Shown: piece by piece, positions 59,672 through 64,000 of the stretch
How the letters are laid out: each line of letters opens with the position of its first letter
Position numbering within the stretch: position 1 is the first letter of the stretch
From: Acidobacteriota bacterium
Lineage (GTDB): Bacteria > Acidobacteriota > Thermoanaerobaculia > Multivoradales > Multivoraceae
Direction: 5' to 3'
Assembly: GCA_036337765.1 (NCBI GenBank)
Contig: JAYZDP010000152.1
Coordinates: 17 to 64,016, forward strand
Length of the DNA stretch: 64,000 bases
Made by a program: the position numbers and the translations under genes
The notes under the pieces: model-generated
Told to the model about the DNA's origin: nothing
Database searches by the model: none
What the model saw: the letters and a program-made list of their open reading frames with translations, nothing else

Positions 59672-60961
59672 ATGAGCGAGCCAGAGCCTTCCCAGAAGAA
59701 AGACTACAAAAAGATCTACACCCTCGGAGTGCTGCACATGGCGCAGTACTTCCCACAGGGCTTCACACAGAGCGGCCTGCCCGCGATCTTCCGCCAGCAG
59801 GGACTGCCGCTCGAGAAGTTCTGGCTGATCTCGTCGTTGCCGATGTGGCCACGCTGGATCAAGTTCCTCGTCGCCATGGCGGTCGACAACTTCGGCTCGG
59901 AGCGTTTCGGCTACCGGCGCAGTTGGATCCTGCCCTGCACGCTCATCTCGGCGCTGCTCTACGTGAGCCTGGCCTTCGTGCAGCCGCTGGTGGCGACGAT
60001 CGGACTGATGTCCACGATCCTGGTCGTCAAGTCGCTCTTCATGACCGCGCAGGACGTGGCCGTGGATGCCTACTGCAGCGAGAGCTTCACGGAAGCGGAG
60101 CGCCCGTCGGGAGCCTCGATCCTGGCGTTTCTGGCCTCTCTGGGTGGCTTTCTGGGCACCGGCATCATCGCGCTCGTCGACTCGATCGGATGGTCTCCGA
60201 CCATGGTCCTGGCCTCGCTGCTCCTGCTCGCGGCGGCCACGCCCGCTATCCTGCGGCCGGAGCCACCTCCGCCGCCGGCGCTGCAAAGGAGGCGCGAGCG
60301 CGGCGAATCTGCGACTTTCCTCAGGACGCTACGCCGACGGGACGCGGCACTCATCATGCCGCATTGCTTCGCCGCCGGCTGGGTGGACAGCTTCGCCTTC
60401 ACGATGGTCGCGCCCTTCCTGATCGATCAGGGAATGTCACTCACCGCCTACGGCATCTTCATACCCTCGATCGGCATCCTCGGCCGCGGCTCTGCCGCCT
60501 ACGTCGTTCCCAAGGTGATCGCCCGCTTCGGTCAGAGCCGCGCCGCCCTGGTCGGAGCTCTGGGCTTCTTGGGTGAAGGCGCCTTCTACTGCTACCTCTC
60601 CGTGACCGGAGAGCTGCCGCCGCTCTGGCGGATGATCCTCTACGTCGCGGGCCTGAACTTCCTCTACATGCACTACGTCATGTCGCTGAACACCTCGCGG
60701 TTCCGCTGGGTGTCGAAAGAGCAGGCGGGTACCGACTATTCGACCCAGTCGAGCTTCTACTTCCTCGGCATCAGTGCCGGCGGGGCCGCCAGCGGATTCG
60801 CCGCCGCCGCGCTCGGCTACTCGAGCTTTTTCATCGTCGGCTTCAGCATCACAACGACGATCGCCGTAATCTATGCACTCACGCTCCCCAAGGTCGACGC
60901 GATGGTGGACGCGCGAGAGGCACGCATCGCGGCCGACGAACCGGCACCGATCGAGCCGTAG
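59672..60961 (+). CDS. MFS-family transporter
   Basis: Twelve TM helices. MFS loop motifs. Start chosen at MSEPEPSQKKDYKKIY. Confidence 0.75.
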   Translation: MSEPEPSQKKDYKKIYTLGVLHMAQYFPQGFTQSGLPAIFRQQGLPLEKFWLISSLPMWPRWIKFLVAMAVDNFGSERFGYRRSWILPCTLISALLYVSLAFVQPLVATIGLMSTILVVKSLFMTAQDVAVDAYCSESFTEAERPSGASILAFLASLGGFLGTGIIALVDSIGWSPTMVLASLLLLAAATPAILRPEPPPPPALQRRRERGESATFLRTLRRRDAALIMPHCFAAGWVDSFAFTMVAPFLIDQGMSLTAYGIFIPSIGILGRGSAAYVVPKVIARFGQSRAALVGALGFLGEGAFYCYLSVTGELPPLWRMILYVAGLNFLYMHYVMSLNTSRFRWVSKEQAGTDYSTQSSFYFLGISAGGAASGFAAAALGYSSFFIVGFSITTTIAVIYALTLPKVDAMVDAREARIAADEPAPIEP

Positions 60962-60981
60962 GCGACGGCCCCAGCAACCGC

Positions 60982-61785
60982 CTACCTGCCGACAAACACG
61001 GGTTCGCGCTTCTCCACGAAGGCGCTGCCGGCCTCGGCCGCGTCCTCCGACGAGAAGCAGGCGTCCTCCATCGCCAGGGACAGCGGCATCACCTGCTGGA
61101 CCATCGACTTGATCCACCGGTTCAGCGGTACCTTCGAGGCGGCAATCGCCATCGAGGGTCCCTTGGCCAGACGCTCCGCGATCCCCAGTGCTTTCGGCAG
61201 CAACTCATCGGGCTCGGTCACGAAGTTGACGAGTCCGAGCCTCTCCGCCTCCTCTGCGGGGACGAAGTCGCCGGTCATCAGGTAGTACTTGGCGCGATTC
61301 GGTCCCATCAGGAGCGGCCAGATGATCTGGCCGCCGTCGCCGGCCCCGATTCCCATCTTGACGTTGGTGTCGGCGAACACGGCCGCCTTCGAGGCCACCA
61401 CCACGTCGCAGAGCAGGGCGACGTTCGCCCCCAGACCCATGGCATAGCCGTTGACCGCGCTGATCGTGGGCTTCGGGCAGTCGAGCAGGTTCTCGACGAT
61501 CTGGATCGCCTCCTGCATCATCGGCGGCGCGTGCGGTGGCGGGTCCTCGTCGAGGCCCCCGCCGAAGTCGCCGCCCGAACAGAAGCCACGACCGGCGCCG
61601 GTGACCACCAGCGCCTTGACGTCGGCGTCGCCCGCAGCCTCACGCGGTAGCTTCGCCATCTCGTAGTGCATCCAGCGATTGACCGCGTTGAGGCGCTCCG
61701 GCCGGTTAAGGGTGGCGAGTAACACCCCATGGTCGCGATGCTCGATCTCGATCGTCTTGTAGCTGGCGGGGTCCAACATGGCCAA
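60982..61785 (-). CDS. Enoyl-CoA hydratase/isomerase (crotonase family)
   Basis: ALVVTGAGRGFCSGGDFGG oxyanion-hole motif. Confidence 0.85.
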   Translation of the reverse strand: MAMLDPASYKTIEIEHRDHGVLLATLNRPERLNAVNRWMHYEMAKLPREAAGDADVKALVVTGAGRGFCSGGDFGGGLDEDPPPHAPPMMQEAIQIVENLLDCPKPTISAVNGYAMGLGANVALLCDVVVASKAAVFADTNVKMGIGAGDGGQIIWPLLMGPNRAKYYLMTGDFVPAEEAERLGLVNFVTEPDELLPKALGIAERLAKGPSMAIAASKVPLNRWIKSMVQQVMPLSLAMEDACFSSEDAAEAGSAFVEKREPVFVGR

Positions 61786-61861
61786 TGCCTCCGTCTATCG
61801 GGTTTTCGGGGTGACGAAGGTTATCGCCGTAGCCGGGCTCCACGAGTAGCGCGGGGACCGA

Positions 61862-62758
61862 TCAGAAGACATCCAGATCGTTGGCCGAGACCACCTCGCC
61901 CACGAATCCCGCCTCGCGCACCTCGCGCTCCAGATCCTCGTTGCTCGCGGTACCGAGAAGCTGGTGGTAGAGGACAAGGAGCTTCGGCTTCGCGTCGATC
62001 GCCAGCTTCGCCAGCTCCGACGTCGAGGTGTGTGCCTGCCGGTGGTACTCGGAGTTGTAGTGATACTCGATGAAGCTCTGCGAGTAGACCTCGTGCAAAA
62101 GCACGTCACAACCGTTGCAGGCCTCGACCAGGCTCTGGCTCGGTCGGGCATCGCCCGAGACGACGATCGTGCGATCGGGAGTGCGAAACCGATAGCCGAA
62201 AGCGTGGGGCCAGGTCAGGTGCGCGACCGGGATGGCGTCGACGGCGACCGTACCGTCGTCGTAAACCTCGCCGCCCTCGATCTCGTGCGCTACGGCACGG
62301 TAGTCGTGGCGCGTGACCGCCTCGAGCCCGAAAAGCCGCATGTGCACGTCTTCGATCCATGCCTCGGCAATCTTTTCGGTCATCCGCCGAATTCCGGGAG
62401 GACCCCAGACCTGGACAGGCTCGAGCCTGCCGTTCTGCCACGGGGTGAACATGAGATCGGGCAGCCCCAGGGTGTGATCTGAGTGCAGATGGGTAATGAA
62501 GACCCGTCTCAGATGCTGCGCCTCGAGGCCCGTAAACCCCAACTGGTGCGCCGCCGCCGCGCGACGGACGATGCCTGGGCCGGCATCGACCAAGTAGGCC
62601 TCGTCGCCGACAACGATCGCCACGCCAGGACCCGAGCGCTCTGGATCGGCGATCGGTGTGCCGCTGCCCAAAACCACGATCTTCGTCGCGGGGCTCTGAG
62701 CCGCCGAGAAAGGCGACGCCAGGGTCGCGAGGATGAGAATAGTGGGCAGGCGACGCAA
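61862..62758 (-). CDS. MBL-fold metallo-hydrolase (RNase Z/ElaC-like), secreted
   Basis: Signal peptide. HxHxDH (ITHLHSDHTLG). Confidence 0.75.
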   Translation of the reverse strand: MRRLPTILILATLASPFSAAQSPATKIVVLGSGTPIADPERSGPGVAIVVGDEAYLVDAGPGIVRRAAAAHQLGFTGLEAQHLRRVFITHLHSDHTLGLPDLMFTPWQNGRLEPVQVWGPPGIRRMTEKIAEAWIEDVHMRLFGLEAVTRHDYRAVAHEIEGGEVYDDGTVAVDAIPVAHLTWPHAFGYRFRTPDRTIVVSGDARPSQSLVEACNGCDVLLHEVYSQSFIEYHYNSEYHRQAHTSTSELAKLAIDAKPKLLVLYHQLLGTASNEDLEREVREAGFVGEVVSANDLDVF

Positions 62759-62814
62759 GATCGGCGGTCATCTTAGCCCGTCATGGAGGAGGTCGCCCGG
62801 GTAAGGTATGGCCC

Positions 62815-63579
<765 letters not shown>

Positions 63580-63580
63580 C

Positions 63581-64000
63581 ATGCCGCTGCCATTCAAGCT
63601 CGCCCGCGTCTTTCTGACCATGCACCTGCGCGACCGGCAGGCCCTCGTCTTCAGCATGTTCTTTCCGATCGCCTCCATGGTGGCGCTGGGCCTGTTCAGC
63701 GGAGCCGGAGGCGACCCGATCGACCTGGGCCTGGTTCGGGGTAGCGGCGGCGAGCTGGCCGCGCAGTTCATCGCCGAGTTGGAAGACAACCCGTTCTTCA
63801 CGGTCCAGGAGGGCGACGAACAGGCGCTACGCGCATCCCTGATCGAAGGAGACCTGCAGATGGTGCTCGTTTTGCCCGAACACATGCAGGACCGCGCCGG
63901 TGCAAACGAGCTACGGCTGCTCGTCGACCCGGCGCAGACTCGTCAGCTCGGTCTCCTGCTACCCATCTTCGAGAAGGCCCTCGGCGGCGTGGAGCGGGAG
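63581..64000 (+). CDS. ABC-2 family permease (3'-truncated by the window end)
   Basis: ATG 2 nt after the ATPase stop. TM segment FSMFFPIASMVALGLF. Confidence 0.7.
   Translation, partial: MPLPFKLARVFLTMHLRDRQALVFSMFFPIASMVALGLFSGAGGDPIDLGLVRGSGGELAAQFIAELEDNPFFTVQEGDEQALRASLIEGDLQMVLVLPEHMQDRAGANELRLLVDPAQTRQLGLLLPIFEKALGGVERE

Overview
This 64 kb window is a high-GC (~68%), coding-dense bacterial chromosomal segment. There are no rRNA or tRNA genes, CRISPR arrays, transposases or integrases.

The gene content points to a marine or sediment planctomycete-like lineage (Gemmatimonadota, Myxococcota or Acidobacteria relatives are not excluded):
- two DUF1592-family/DUF1552 gene pairs;
- Tat/Sec-targeted sulfatases;
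- Gfo/Idh/MocA oxidoreductases, one of them Tat-exported and GH109-like;
- two DUF3604 (PHP-like) lipoproteins;
- three PQQ beta-propeller dehydrogenases plus a cytochrome c-fused PQQ sugar dehydrogenase;
- a Kelch/NanM-like propeller.

The overall theme is a periplasmic sulfated-glycan and sugar oxidation toolkit wired to c-type cytochromes. Many translationally coupled operons show ATGA or GTGA start/stop overlaps. A second block carries fatty-acid and branched-chain catabolism genes (ACAD, thiolase, enoyl-CoA hydratase, MmsA), the SorAB sulfite dehydrogenase, MATE and MFS transporters, and an ABC-2 exporter.

The items most worth a second look are:
1. A divergently transcribed pair of paralogous proteins (21665-24592) in which a planctomycete-type c-type cytochrome domain is fused to a PHM/DBH-like two-copper monooxygenase core with every Cu ligand conserved.
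2. A ~250 bp AT-rich islet (~40% GC) at 54059-54300. It encodes, behind a strong Shine-Dalgarno, a small Sec-secreted peptide built from 54-bp tandem repeats with entirely non-host codon usage.
3. Two PilZ (c-di-GMP receptor) genes, each interrupted by a frameshift at a C5 or G6 homopolymer.
4. A DUF3604 / Gfo-Idh-MocA / cytochrome-c-fusion module that occurs twice.
5. Relic pseudogenes: fragments of a eukaryotic-like Ser/Thr kinase and a frameshifted GST that retains a perfect RBS.
6. Several unusual cytochrome c domain fusions (SRPBCC–cytochrome c, YVTN propeller–di-heme CCP).
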